From Escherichia coli (GTDB lineage Bacteria > Pseudomonadota > Gammaproteobacteria > Enterobacterales > Enterobacteriaceae), in NCBI RefSeq assembly GCF_022846255.1, contig NZ_AP025682.1: 64,000 nt of DNA; one strand, given 5' to 3'. This document shows, in pieces, positions 28,501 to 37,371 of the stretch (its first letter is position 1; each line of letters begins with the position of its first letter). The position numbers and the translations under genes were made by a program. The notes under the pieces are model-generated. The model made no database searches and was not told the DNA's origin. It saw only the letters and a list, made by a program, of their open reading frames with translations.

Positions 28501-30003
28501 TTGCGATTCGCCCTGAAATTTGTCTCTTTTATATCCGTCACGCTCCGTTTCCAGACCACCCAACGTCTTTTGTAGTTTATCGTATGACTGTCTGAGGACA
28601 TGGCTTTCCCTGTCCATCTGCCCTAATTCTTCCTCAAGCGTAGCCTCCTGCTGGCGATGTCTGTCGATTGCCCACTCTAATGTGCCCAAGGCTTCGCCAG
28701 CAGTACGCTCGAAAATCACCTGTAGCGGCCTTTCCGTTTCACTTTGGAATACCTTCAGATCTTCATCTGCCTGGCGGTACTCATTCAGGGCCTTAGCATA
28801 GGCTTTGTAGTCTATAGCAGCGTGAGTAATCTCAATCTGGTGCTGATTGGTATCGGCTTCGTCTTGAAGCGCATCGACTATCGCTTTTTGTTTGTCGAAC
28901 TGATGCTGCACGAGATCATATTCAAGCAGTGCTCTGCGCTTACCTAACTGCTCACGCAGAGACATCGCCTGGCCAATATGTGTTTGCAAACTATCCATGT
29001 TATCTTCAAGCTGCGTCTGTTCAACCTGAGCATCCCCGACAAAGGCTGCGAGATCGCGCATTGCTTCTCGGAAGCCATCATCCAGCAGTTGCTGCTGTGC
29101 CTGGATGCTTTCCAGCTGTTTAGCCGGATCAAGAAACGCCAGCCAGTTAGCCAGCACATCCTTCAGGAAGGACTCGTTACGACGAATCCCCTCTAACTCT
29201 CCCTGACGCTCAACTTCATGCGCTACCAGTTCCCGCAGCCGCTCAGCCGCATCTTTAGACATGGTGCAGGCGAAGAACGCGCCAAGGAAATCATGTTCAG
29301 TTTTGTATTCGATAAAACGGGTCAGGCCACCTTCTTCGGAGTTGAAGGTCACCATTGTTTTGATAAGATCAACGTTAATTTGTTGTTCCAGTAAAAATGC
29401 GCGCCACTCGTTCTGTCTGGTGGTTTTACGCCAATGCATACCGCCTTCACTACCGGCCTTGAGATTAAGCCAGCTATCAAAACTGCGCAGGCTATTGGCA
29501 TAGGGGCGCAGCTCAGAATTGCGTTCCGCGCGGGAATAAGAAGGGACTTCATCAAACGGCGCGCCCATCAGGGAGTCGGGCGCATCACAAATAAACAGTG
29601 TCCGGTCAACATCATCTCCATTACGCTGATGAGCATGTCCTAGTAATAACGTTTGTCCTGATTCATTGACCATCTCAACCAAAACAACAGAGAGTTCTTT
29701 ATAGAAGTAATTGCGGTAGTGGTATTCACTCTGGCGATGATTTGCCAGATATTGGGTGAAGTCACTAACGGACGGCTCAAAAATCGATAACAGCAGCGCG
29801 ATGTAGGTCGACTTACCACCCCCATTCACAAGCTGCTGATAAGTACTGGTCACCACCTTCGCATTCCTGACGGGCGAGCGCAGACCTTCAACAACAGGGC
29901 TACTGACCGCTTGAGACAGGCCAATATAGTCCAGTGTGAGGTCCTTGTAGAAAGCTTCTTCATGGCCTGCACCATCCATATAAACCCGTTTAATCAGCCA
30001 CAT
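25567..30003 (-). CDS. jetC: JetC-like SMC/MukB-family ATPase (Wadjet)
   Basis: 1478 aa; N-terminal P-loop (VNGGGKSTY), very long coiled-coil middle, C-terminal signature/Walker B region (LLADNPLGKSNANDL...IQLIYLTGISDE). Confidence 0.7.
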   Translation of the reverse strand: MWLIKRVYMDGAGHEEAFYKDLTLDYIGLSQAVSSPVVEGLRSPVRNAKVVTSTYQQLVNGGGKSTYIALLLSIFEPSVSDFTQYLANHRQSEYHYRNYFYKELSVVLVEMVNESGQTLLLGHAHQRNGDDVDRTLFICDAPDSLMGAPFDEVPSYSRAERNSELRPYANSLRSFDSWLNLKAGSEGGMHWRKTTRQNEWRAFLLEQQINVDLIKTMVTFNSEEGGLTRFIEYKTEHDFLGAFFACTMSKDAAERLRELVAHEVERQGELEGIRRNESFLKDVLANWLAFLDPAKQLESIQAQQQLLDDGFREAMRDLAAFVGDAQVEQTQLEDNMDSLQTHIGQAMSLREQLGKRRALLEYDLVQHQFDKQKAIVDALQDEADTNQHQIEITHAAIDYKAYAKALNEYRQADEDLKVFQSETERPLQVIFERTAGEALGTLEWAIDRHRQQEATLEEELGQMDRESHVLRQSYDKLQKTLGGLETERDGYKRDKFQGESQRNELCEAGLIQKDETPVAAQYRLELTLRDAKQSEELANTILHQKEQALEAQLNVVREASIEKSEAQQKLILAKQKHQSAVDSALLLAKTYQKLPSSTRHDLDIEDTSWHSELCGLQLDKVLNANAQTLNGMKERLLQARHELDELRVTGHELVAKQVNEALEAFYAAGIARDKLWTFPHYLASAHNDDAQKIAAVIDQNPGRYLSLVALDNVTFEQVHKISEILPWKKAPIAIYLLDEAQDLRRETSELVQVVLSNPDKHGYSQAAYETRLQDLENTVASQEVSVKAAESALKVLESFRNDWSRHYEQYGKHWAGLLDQRELALLILENADAALKQAEHDEQTLRDEKRDVQVRLNNAQQQKIQAEKAHDKVSLFVEKEWAKRETAIMKLEQLAAQIQRSKNTLYTQRERLERLSELEKNKRSEKTLLIIQIGSWSNLCNEPFYSEITATEGMEGRSPEYAHEMAAQAHKKLLEAANGDQVTVLKQQLKDAEQAQRYASDRLTAQPTYNTYPDEVKAAAINELTVINNSIVRLKEQQKQFTQNLISSQVTLQKFSQSCEEASKALDEDFVWEEKPIEIEAIQTSLAEIVNNLYAIEHQIKFLLEQKTLLLRKIENVKERLQNAKTAQAMIQPITPSSAAGLPGRILSITEYADDLAAQCQVYAGLNETLKQQNMRVSTVWGKFRKRIEEELAKDPDARASQEYLRPLDSIATYHEVLGDLERVGTGISQVFEAVQDSLEQFQRSIDLTVTHLTAHLEGAIKLLRRAMSVKIPEDCPVLPGRPIIKMTDRLNDVAADIRGFASSRLQQWIARGQIPRAPNRDALTADLVQSVFGEGELEVRLLKTNASRPQWTPVTRLEGSGGQRLTSAFLLFVTVGKVREYDTGISSAGFLLADNPLGKSNANDLMRIQTQMAKAYKIQLIYLTGISDENAQSMFDNHLFLNKVQKLRRRDLVTVDKERHALWAASLAAKPQFDPVI

Positions 30004-30005
30004 AC

Positions 30006-30902
30006 TTAAATCTCCGTCAAGCGTTGCGTTTCTGTGGTTCCAGTTGTAACTGGACGTTCATTGAGCGAAGGAAACTCCAGGGTATCTGCTAATGCTGCAA
30101 GATCGCTTTCAGCTAAATCGGACGACCGTTCTTCTACGGCTGGACTGATGCTCATGACAAAGCGCACCGTCTCTTCGATGCCAGTATGGCGCAGATAATG
30201 TTTGAGTTTTTGGGTCGGATACCAGTCGGACTCTCCCGACAAACTGCTGTCTTCGGCCAGAAAGCCTTCCTCCTGCAGCAGTTGTATCCAGCGCGTTGCC
30301 ATTTCTGTTTGCGAGCGAATACTTGAGACACGCCCTACCTTTTCGTCGTGAATACGGGGAATACGTTCTTCCTGCACAAACCTGGCCGCCATAAGTAGGC
30401 CATCTACGGTATCGTCACCCTCGGCCTTGCGCTGGGCAATCACCTGGTCGGCAACATTATTGAGCCTGGCTACCACCGAGGCTGCATTAATGGCGTTACT
30501 CTGACCGAACTCGACACGAACGGTGTCTGGAGTTGGAAACAAATCAGCCAGCAACGCAATCAGAGTTAAGCCTGCAAACAGGCGCTGTTCTTTCCGTTCC
30601 TTACCCTGTTGCTCAGCCATTGTTTCAGGTAGCAAGCGTTTGTTCAGCCAACCCAAAGATGGGGAAAACGGACCTCGGCCATCTGCAGCCAGTAATACCC
30701 CGTAGGTCTCATGAATCCCGAGATACCGCAATTTCATACCTGTCGCGACGCCACGGATAATCTCTGTGAACAGGGCATCACCTTGCAGATCAAGAGCACG
30801 TTGAATCAGCTCATCCCCCATTTTATATCCCAGTGAATTCATAATTGCCTGCGTGGCAATCTCGGCGTAGCGTTTAGTTTGTTGATGCGCGTTGTCGTAC
30901 AT
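30006..30902 (-). CDS. jetB: JetB-like (MksE-like) subunit (Wadjet)
   Basis: 298-aa ORF translationally coupled between jetA (4-nt overlap) and jetC (3-nt gap); assignment by size and operon position. Confidence 0.55.
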   Translation of the reverse strand: MYDNAHQQTKRYAEIATQAIMNSLGYKMGDELIQRALDLQGDALFTEIIRGVATGMKLRYLGIHETYGVLLAADGRGPFSPSLGWLNKRLLPETMAEQQGKERKEQRLFAGLTLIALLADLFPTPDTVRVEFGQSNAINAASVVARLNNVADQVIAQRKAEGDDTVDGLLMAARFVQEERIPRIHDEKVGRVSSIRSQTEMATRWIQLLQEEGFLAEDSSLSGESDWYPTQKLKHYLRHTGIEETVRFVMSISPAVEERSSDLAESDLAALADTLEFPSLNERPVTTGTTETQRLTEI

Positions 30903-30904
30903 AA

Positions 30905-32371
30905 CTACTCCTCAAAGGGGTATAAGGGAGCAACCGTTAACAGTTTGATATTGTTAGCCCGCCAGAGCGTTGTTTCGATAGCGCCGTCTATCTCCACTTC
31001 TATTGCGGGATCGCTGTTAGCTGCCAGGCTGCCAATATGGAGTAAACAAACCTGTTGCTCTTGTTCGGATAATTCTTCGCCCTCATAGGCGTCAAAAACA
31101 TCTCTAAAGCTCACATGCCCCCAATTCTTCAATCGGTCACTAACCCAATCGCTGCATTTTTTAATGACAGATTCAGGGATACCTCGCAGGTTGGTTTCAA
31201 TAGCTACAGGCTGATCGGTGAGGTCCTGTATCTCATGTGGAAGCGCCTGTTCAAATCTATCGAGATAAAGGTTCAGCAGCGCCTCAAGGTCAAACAGAAT
31301 GTGCCGATCATCATCCTGTCTTCGGGGAGCCAACAGGCGTGCGGTGAGATCATCGATTTCCTTTTCGACAGTGTCGGGGGAATGAGACAGCAAGGGCTTG
31401 AGTGCACCTTTTTCCAGTGTTTCCCGAAAGAGGGTATTATCTCTGGGAATAATGAGTTTCAGACGAGCTCGCTCAAAATCTTTATTCACATCCAGTAAGC
31501 AGTCTTGATAGCGCTGCGTAAAAGCGCAGACCTCAGCAAAAATCTCCTGTGCTCTACGTAGCTTATTTAATTTGTCGGGATTTAATTTCGAAATTCCTTC
31601 AACCAGCATTTCGGTAATGGCCGACATTGAGTTCTGGATATGTTCCAAAACCTCTCGGGTTTTATCAAAGGAATCATTGAGTACGGGACGGATATCGTGT
31701 GCATAAGATGCACTCAAATCACCAGACTGGGCGGCACGCACTTTCATCCGCATTCCAATCAGATATTGCTCCAGTTGCCGCTGTGTTGATTGGATTTGGT
31801 GTACTGCCTTGTCGATCTCTCCGCGACGGATCGTTTTAAGCGTGCGCCAGGCCAGAATCGCAGCGCGTTCTATCGGCGTTTCATCCAAGCGCAGGGTATA
31901 GAACAACATTCCTTCATCAGTCAGCGACCAGAGAATATCATCTGAGCCGGATAGCTGGTCATAGCGTACCAGACGGACTATCTGCTCTTCGGAATGCGTT
32001 CGTTGCGAGAAATCATAATAACGGAGGCGGAAAGGATCTTTGATCGCCACAAAAATCTTGCTGGCCACTTGTGCGTAGTCGGGTTCTTCTTGTCCCGGAT
32101 AGGCTTCATTGAGGTGCCCAACCAGACATAACTCCGCTTCCTTACGCGTCATTCCAGGCCGGCGCTCGCGGTCAGCATAATAAAGCATGGCGTCAAAGAG
32201 ATACATGATTGCCGCCAGCGCATCAAGCTCAACACCATCGAACGGATTTCGCTGAAGGGCGCTATATATTGAATCCAGCGTCCGCACGACCAGCAAGGCG
32301 TGAGACTGAATAGACAGCTCACGACGTGCCATTGATTCATTACGAGCCTGCTCCAAAAACCCTAGCGACAT
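30905..32371 (-). CDS. jetA: JetA-like (MksF/kleisin-like) subunit (Wadjet)
   Basis: 488-aa ORF, first gene of the operon; assignment by size and position upstream of JetB/JetC/JetD. Confidence 0.55.
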   Translation of the reverse strand: MSLGFLEQARNESMARRELSIQSHALLVVRTLDSIYSALQRNPFDGVELDALAAIMYLFDAMLYYADRERRPGMTRKEAELCLVGHLNEAYPGQEEPDYAQVASKIFVAIKDPFRLRYYDFSQRTHSEEQIVRLVRYDQLSGSDDILWSLTDEGMLFYTLRLDETPIERAAILAWRTLKTIRRGEIDKAVHQIQSTQRQLEQYLIGMRMKVRAAQSGDLSASYAHDIRPVLNDSFDKTREVLEHIQNSMSAITEMLVEGISKLNPDKLNKLRRAQEIFAEVCAFTQRYQDCLLDVNKDFERARLKLIIPRDNTLFRETLEKGALKPLLSHSPDTVEKEIDDLTARLLAPRRQDDDRHILFDLEALLNLYLDRFEQALPHEIQDLTDQPVAIETNLRGIPESVIKKCSDWVSDRLKNWGHVSFRDVFDAYEGEELSEQEQQVCLLHIGSLAANSDPAIEVEIDGAIETTLWRANNIKLLTVAPLYPFEE

Positions 32372-32417
32372 AACATTCTCCCTCTGAGACGGAAGCCACT
32401 ATAGTACTCCCCTGCCA

Positions 32418-32440
32418 ATTAAGCAAAGAAACTTTGCTTA
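32418..32440. promoter_or_regulatory. Perfect palindrome in the jetA/regulator divergent promoter region (candidate operator)
   Basis: ttaagcaaag-aaa-ctttgcttaa (10-bp arms, 3-bp spacer) followed by a T9 run; lies 47 bp upstream of jetA and ~105 bp upstream of the divergent regulator gene. Confidence 0.4.
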
Positions 32441-32546
32441 ATTTTTTTTTATAGCAATGTTATTTGTTTTGATGTCATTCGCCTTCTATACTCAGTCGGT
32501 ATATCAAACCGCAATTGATTAACCTGCAAATAAGAATAAAACTGAT

Positions 32547-33440
32547 ATGTACTACTCAAAGTTTCTTGAGAAACACAAATCCCCCCTCAGCCACGCACAA
32601 TGGTTGCGCTTGCGCTATATTGAGCGCCAGCTACTGTGGGAACGAAAAGTCACTTCGCGCATGATTGCTGAAGAGTTTGGCGTCTCGGCGCAACAAGCTC
32701 GTACTGATGTAAGAACCTATATGGAGGTCGCTCCAGGCAATGCTATTGAGAAGGGGGCCGGCCGAAAAGGGTATTTCCCCAGTACGACGTTTACGCCTGT
32801 TTTGCTGGGAGACAACGATCTGGTCTGGCGTGCGACGGTAGAATTTCAACCGCCGCAAGCGGCCCACGCGCAGGAAATCCCGCTCATCCATCGCGCCGTG
32901 CATAGCCGCACGCTGGCAATTTTTTTGTCAGCAATCGAACAGAAAGGACAAGTAAAAGTGACTTATGCGTCAATGGAAAACCCGGAAGGCATATCTCGTA
33001 CACTAAGCCCTACGGTAATTATCACCGTTAACGGGCGTCAGCATGTGCGAGCCTATGACTGGGGAAGTTCGGCGTTTAAGGACTTTGTTTTGGCGCGATT
33101 TCTGGACTCGCCGGAACTGATTGTTCCTGCACCCGCCCCGCCACGCAAAGATACCGCGTGGGAGGTCATAATCCCCGTGCGTTTTATCGCAAATCCAACA
33201 CTAAACAAAGCGCAACAAGAGGTAATTAAGCGGGACTATTTACTTGAACCCTCTGAATTCAACATTCGTGCACCAATGATTTTTTATTTATGCCCTGAAA
33301 ACAATCTGCCTAAAACAGATGATGAATATGCACAAGCTACTGACGCCAGCAGCCACGGCCCCTTTATCTACCCTGTTCTAGCTGTGCACGCCCAAACAGG
33401 GGAGCCTATTCATAAGTACCGCCATGCAGGTGAGAGATAG
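32547..33440 (+). CDS. HTH transcriptional regulator with WYL-like domain (BrxR/CapW-like)
   Basis: HTH segment (SRMIAEEFGVSAQQARTDVRTYM) followed by WYL-like core (VRAYDWGSSAFKDFVLARF); divergent from jetA. Confidence 0.45.
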   Translation: MYYSKFLEKHKSPLSHAQWLRLRYIERQLLWERKVTSRMIAEEFGVSAQQARTDVRTYMEVAPGNAIEKGAGRKGYFPSTTFTPVLLGDNDLVWRATVEFQPPQAAHAQEIPLIHRAVHSRTLAIFLSAIEQKGQVKVTYASMENPEGISRTLSPTVIITVNGRQHVRAYDWGSSAFKDFVLARFLDSPELIVPAPAPPRKDTAWEVIIPVRFIANPTLNKAQQEVIKRDYLLEPSEFNIRAPMIFYLCPENNLPKTDDEYAQATDASSHGPFIYPVLAVHAQTGEPIHKYRHAGER

Positions 33441-33559
33441 ACATTCTGTTTACTAATAATTTATAGCCATTTTCTGCTCCTGCATCAGAGATATGATGCA
33501 GGAATATTAAATACCAGCCACCTATAAATTATGATTTATTAATTTCTGATTCAGTTAAA

Positions 33560-33850
33560 TCCCTCTGAAAATAGACCCGTTTTAGTTCCATGCATCTTTA
33601 GAAATTCCGACCAAATAATGGGGTCGGCAAACATCTATTTGAGACGTTGGTTCTCATCCTCAAGATCCTTGATTATTTTAATATCAGAAGATTCCATACC
33701 GCCGTATCTGGACTTGCAGTTGTAGTAAGTGGCTTAAGATAAGCCGGCCTCCCGGCAGACATCTTTAACAGTTTGCCCGTATTCAAGCGATTTAATCACG
33801 GCGATAATCTGATTCTCAGTAAAAGGGACTTTACGCATAGCGATCTCCTT
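33560..33850 (-). mobile_element. Degenerate IS3-family transposase OrfA fragment
   Basis: Minus-strand ATG at 33838 with AGGAG RBS encodes MRKVPFTENQIIAVIKSLEYGQTVKDVCREAGLS then a stop; a shifted frame continues with a leucine-zipper-like ...KDLEDENQRLK...; no OrfB follows. Confidence 0.4.
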
Positions 33851-33948
33851 CATTGGCAGATTGATTATGCCGGAGGATCTCTAAATGTTAATGGCACGAT
33901 TATGCGGGATATTTACAATACCAGTCCAACCCTCAGCTTACTGCAATG

Positions 33949-34818
33949 TCAATCAAGAGGGATGGTCCACATTGACGTATCAAAATCGATCTCTGACCAG
34001 CGAGCAAAACGTAGCTCACTGGAGCGAATAAAGATAAGCAGAGTGAGTTCCGTTGCCCAGCGGGTTAGCGGCCTGCCGGTATAGCCGTCTATTTTCTCAA
34101 GTAACTCAGGGATGCGCTTTAACTCCAGCGCCGGACGATGCTGTCGATTACTGGAAGCAACCGCCCCCGCCATCTCTTGTGCCGGGTTATAATCAATTAA
34201 TCCACTTTGCACTGCATAACGCATGATGGCCGTGGTGCGCTGTTGAAGGCGGGAAGCCACTTCAAAACGTCCAGATTTCTCCACGGCTTTAATGGGAATT
34301 AACAGATCGCGGGTGCCCAGTTCAGCAATATTGCGAGCAACAATTGTTGGGAAGATATTGTCCTCCAGGCTCTTTTTTCCACGATTAGCATGATCTTCCG
34401 ACCATTTTTGGTTGGTTACGAGCCACTCTCTGGCAACCTTCTCGAAAGTAATAATCTCTTTCGCCTGCTCTTCTTTCACAGCACGTTTATGCTCACGAGG
34501 ATCGATACCAGCAGCGACCAGCTTTCTGGCCTCTTCCCTTTTCTTCCGCGCATCCGCCAGCGAAACATCCGGGTAAACGCCGAACGCCATCAAATGTTGT
34601 TTACCACCAAAACGGAAACGAAATCGCCAATACTTTGAACCGCCAGGTTTTACAAGTAAAGACATGCCGTCGCCGTCAACAAGTGAATACTCTTTCTCCT
34701 CAGGTTTTGCAGGACGAACTTTAGTATACGTTAGGGCTATAGTGGTCTTCCTTCCATTGGTATCTCGTGAGTATACAAGCAATATCGAATCGGCAAATAT
34801 ACTTATAAGTATACTCAC
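33949..34818 (-). pseudogene. P4-type tyrosine integrase, C-terminally truncated (intB-like remnant)
   Basis: Residues align with the N-terminal two thirds of the intact integrase at 51593-52840 (GSKYWRFRFRFGGKQ..., RLQQRTTAIMRYAVQSGLIDYNPAQ, LTLLIFIRSSELRFARWSEIDF) but end at ...WTIPLD before the catalytic region. Confidence 0.75.
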
Positions 34819-34903
34819 AAGCCTGTTGATGTGGGTTGAGTCAGGTTGACTTCAGTTGAGGAGAAAAGCTGGAAAAGCCTTGCGTAGCGCGGATTTCAGG
34901 CAT

Positions 34904-34927
34904 AAAAAAAGACCTCAGTTGAGGTCT
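34904..34927 (-). terminator. Intrinsic terminator (ancestral leuX terminator relic)
   Basis: Hairpin agacctca-gt-tgaggtct flanked by A7 on the plus strand, i.e. stem plus T7 on the minus strand; lies just downstream (minus sense) of the partial tRNA copy. Confidence 0.6.
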
Positions 34928-34940
34928 ATTTACATACTTT

Positions 34941-34963
34941 TGGTGCGAAGGCCGGACTCGAAC
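34941..34963 (-). repeat. 23-bp direct repeat of the leuX 3-prime end (att site / island junction)
   Basis: tggtgcgaaggccggactcgaac matches the 3-prime end of the tRNA at 53030-53054 except for one deleted base. Confidence 0.8.
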
Positions 34964-35685
34964 ATATTAATTATCCCGTTGTATTTAAGGCTATTTTATC
35001 AAAATCATTATTGAAGTACCATCATTAATACCATCATAGGTATTGTTCTCCTTTGGCAACAGTTCTTTGATATCGAAATACTTTAACGAACTTTTTATGA
35101 CATCATACTTTGAAGAAAAAATCACATACTGATTTTCATCCAGTACATCTTGCAAGACAAGGTATAAAACAGGGACTACGATTAAAAATAGCAAAGTCAT
35201 TCACTAAATGAATTCAAAATCAGTGATGTTCTTATCTGCAAGAATATAATATATTTAAAAGATTATAAGCAATATATAAATAATAATATAGCTTTAAAAA
35301 AACACACATGAATTAGAAGTTAAATACATTAATTAAAGAAACAAATAAGTAAGAATTTTGTTTTTAAATAACTCATGCAAACGCATCGTTTATTTATATT
35401 AAAGGAAAATGATGAAATCCAATCTAAATTTAAATAGCTACATTACAAACGAATAGAAAAAGAAGCATTTTCCATGTTAAACTACTATCTTGGTGAAGAC
35501 AGGGGGTATAGCCTTCTGCGGTAGCCTACGCTCTTCGAATGCAAAGCAAGAAAATAACCTTTATAATCAAATTGTTATGCAATGCGCTTGTAGAGCAAAG
35601 GTATCTTAAACGAATAGGTTTAACAGTTAAAGCCTCTTTACATAGGCTGAACAAGGGCAGTACTTGAAAATGATAAAATTGGGGT

Positions 35686-37371
35686 ATGTTTAAAATTATG
35701 AATGCCCATAGTTTAGAGATGAGAAAAGAGTTAGGAGCATATTATACTCCAAGTGCTCTTAGTCAAGTGATGTCAGATTGGGCAATTAGAAGACCAACTG
35801 ATAAAATACTTGAGCCAAGTTTTGGAGGCTGTGGCTTTTTAGAAAGCTGTGAAAAGAGCCTCATGGAGATAGGCTGCATAAACCCAATGGAAAATTTATT
35901 TGGGGTTGATGTAGACCAAAAAGCCTTTGATACTCTCAAAAAAAAATATGGGCATTTATTAATAAAAAAACATTTCATTTTAAGTGATTTCATTAACGTA
36001 TTTCCAAAAGATTTTGGCATTGAAGATTTTGAGGTTATCATTGGGAACCCTCCTTATATCTCTATGCATAATATGAGTTATGAACAAAGGAAGTCCTGTG
36101 AAAAAGTTTTTGCTGACTCACCTTTTAAAACAAAAACATTAGGACGCAATGCAAGTCTTTGGGGGTTTTTCTTACTCCATGCATTAAGCTTCATTCGAGA
36201 AAATGGACGAATAGCGTGGGTATTACCGAGTAGTTTTTTAAATGCCTATTATGCGAAAGAGCTTATAAGAATTTACAAAAATCATTTTAACCATCTAAAA
36301 ATAATAAAGATAAATGAAAGACTTTTCAAAAATGAAGGTGCCGATGAAATGTCAGTACTTTTTTTATGCGATGAGTTTCACAGGACACCTATCAATAATG
36401 GATACGTTTCAATTGGATTTGCTGACACATTAAATGAACTAACCAGCATAATGACTGGAACTAAAGAAAACAAATTAAATAGCTCTGAAAATTACAAATA
36501 TAATATATTAGATATTGACACATTAAATGTGATATCGTCTATAACAGAACATAAGTACAGTTTAAAAATACAGGATATTGCTGATATAAAGATTGGGATG
36601 GTAACCGGCATGAACAACTTCTTTATATTGGATCAAAATCAAATTTTAAAACATAATTTAGACAATAAACATTTTAGACCAGTTATTTCACGATTTTCAC
36701 ATTTGAAGGGAATTCACCACACATTAAAAAGACATACGAAGTTAATTGCAGACAATAAAAAAGGATTGCTATTACACGTCAGTCCAGATGATTTATATGA
36801 AAAACATAGTCCGTTGAGAAAATATTTATCACAAGTTGATAGAAAAGAACGAGTCAAAAACCGCACATTCAAAAAACGAAAAAAGTGGTTTCAACCAGAT
36901 GATGGTATTTACCCAGACGCATTTTTTTCATATATGGTTCATGAGTTTCCCAGAATGATATTAAATAAAGGGAAAGTTAACTGCACTAACTCAATACATC
37001 GTATCTTTTTCAAAGATATAGCATCTAATAAATTAAAAAAAGCATGTTGCATATCTCTTTTATCAACATTTTCACAACTTTCTGCCGAACTTGAAGGTCG
37101 GTCATATGGCTCAGGTGTGCTAAAAATAGAGCCTACCGCAGGAAAGAACATATCATTCTTAATTAAAGATGATTTAATACACGAGTTAAGCAACTTAAGT
37201 AAAGAAATAGATCAATTGCTTTTAAATAATGAAACAAGCAATGCCACTGCTTTAGTTGATAAGTTTTTTGTTGATAAGGGACTAATTAGCTTAGATGAAT
37301 TGAAAAGTCTTAAAAAAGGGTTATTCAGATTAAGAAAAGATCGATATAAAGGGGTCAAAAATTATGAGTGA
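35686..37371 (+). CDS. N6-adenine DNA methyltransferase (Eco57I-like gamma-class) with C-terminal extension
   Basis: Motifs GAYYTP, ILEPSFGGCGFL (motif I-like) and IIGNPPYIS (motif IV, approx 36044-36060); 561 aa; first gene of a tightly overlapping four-gene operon. Confidence 0.8.
   Translation: MFKIMNAHSLEMRKELGAYYTPSALSQVMSDWAIRRPTDKILEPSFGGCGFLESCEKSLMEIGCINPMENLFGVDVDQKAFDTLKKKYGHLLIKKHFILSDFINVFPKDFGIEDFEVIIGNPPYISMHNMSYEQRKSCEKVFADSPFKTKTLGRNASLWGFFLLHALSFIRENGRIAWVLPSSFLNAYYAKELIRIYKNHFNHLKIIKINERLFKNEGADEMSVLFLCDEFHRTPINNGYVSIGFADTLNELTSIMTGTKENKLNSSENYKYNILDIDTLNVISSITEHKYSLKIQDIADIKIGMVTGMNNFFILDQNQILKHNLDNKHFRPVISRFSHLKGIHHTLKRHTKLIADNKKGLLLHVSPDDLYEKHSPLRKYLSQVDRKERVKNRTFKKRKKWFQPDDGIYPDAFFSYMVHEFPRMILNKGKVNCTNSIHRIFFKDIASNKLKKACCISLLSTFSQLSAELEGRSYGSGVLKIEPTAGKNISFLIKDDLIHELSNLSKEIDQLLLNNETSNATALVDKFFVDKGLISLDELKSLKKGLFRLRKDRYKGVKNYE

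Noticed and set aside
34941-34963. A second tRNA gene
   Set aside because: Only 23 nt of the 3-prime end are present; no D-arm or anticodon arm, so it is an att-type repeat rather than a tRNA.
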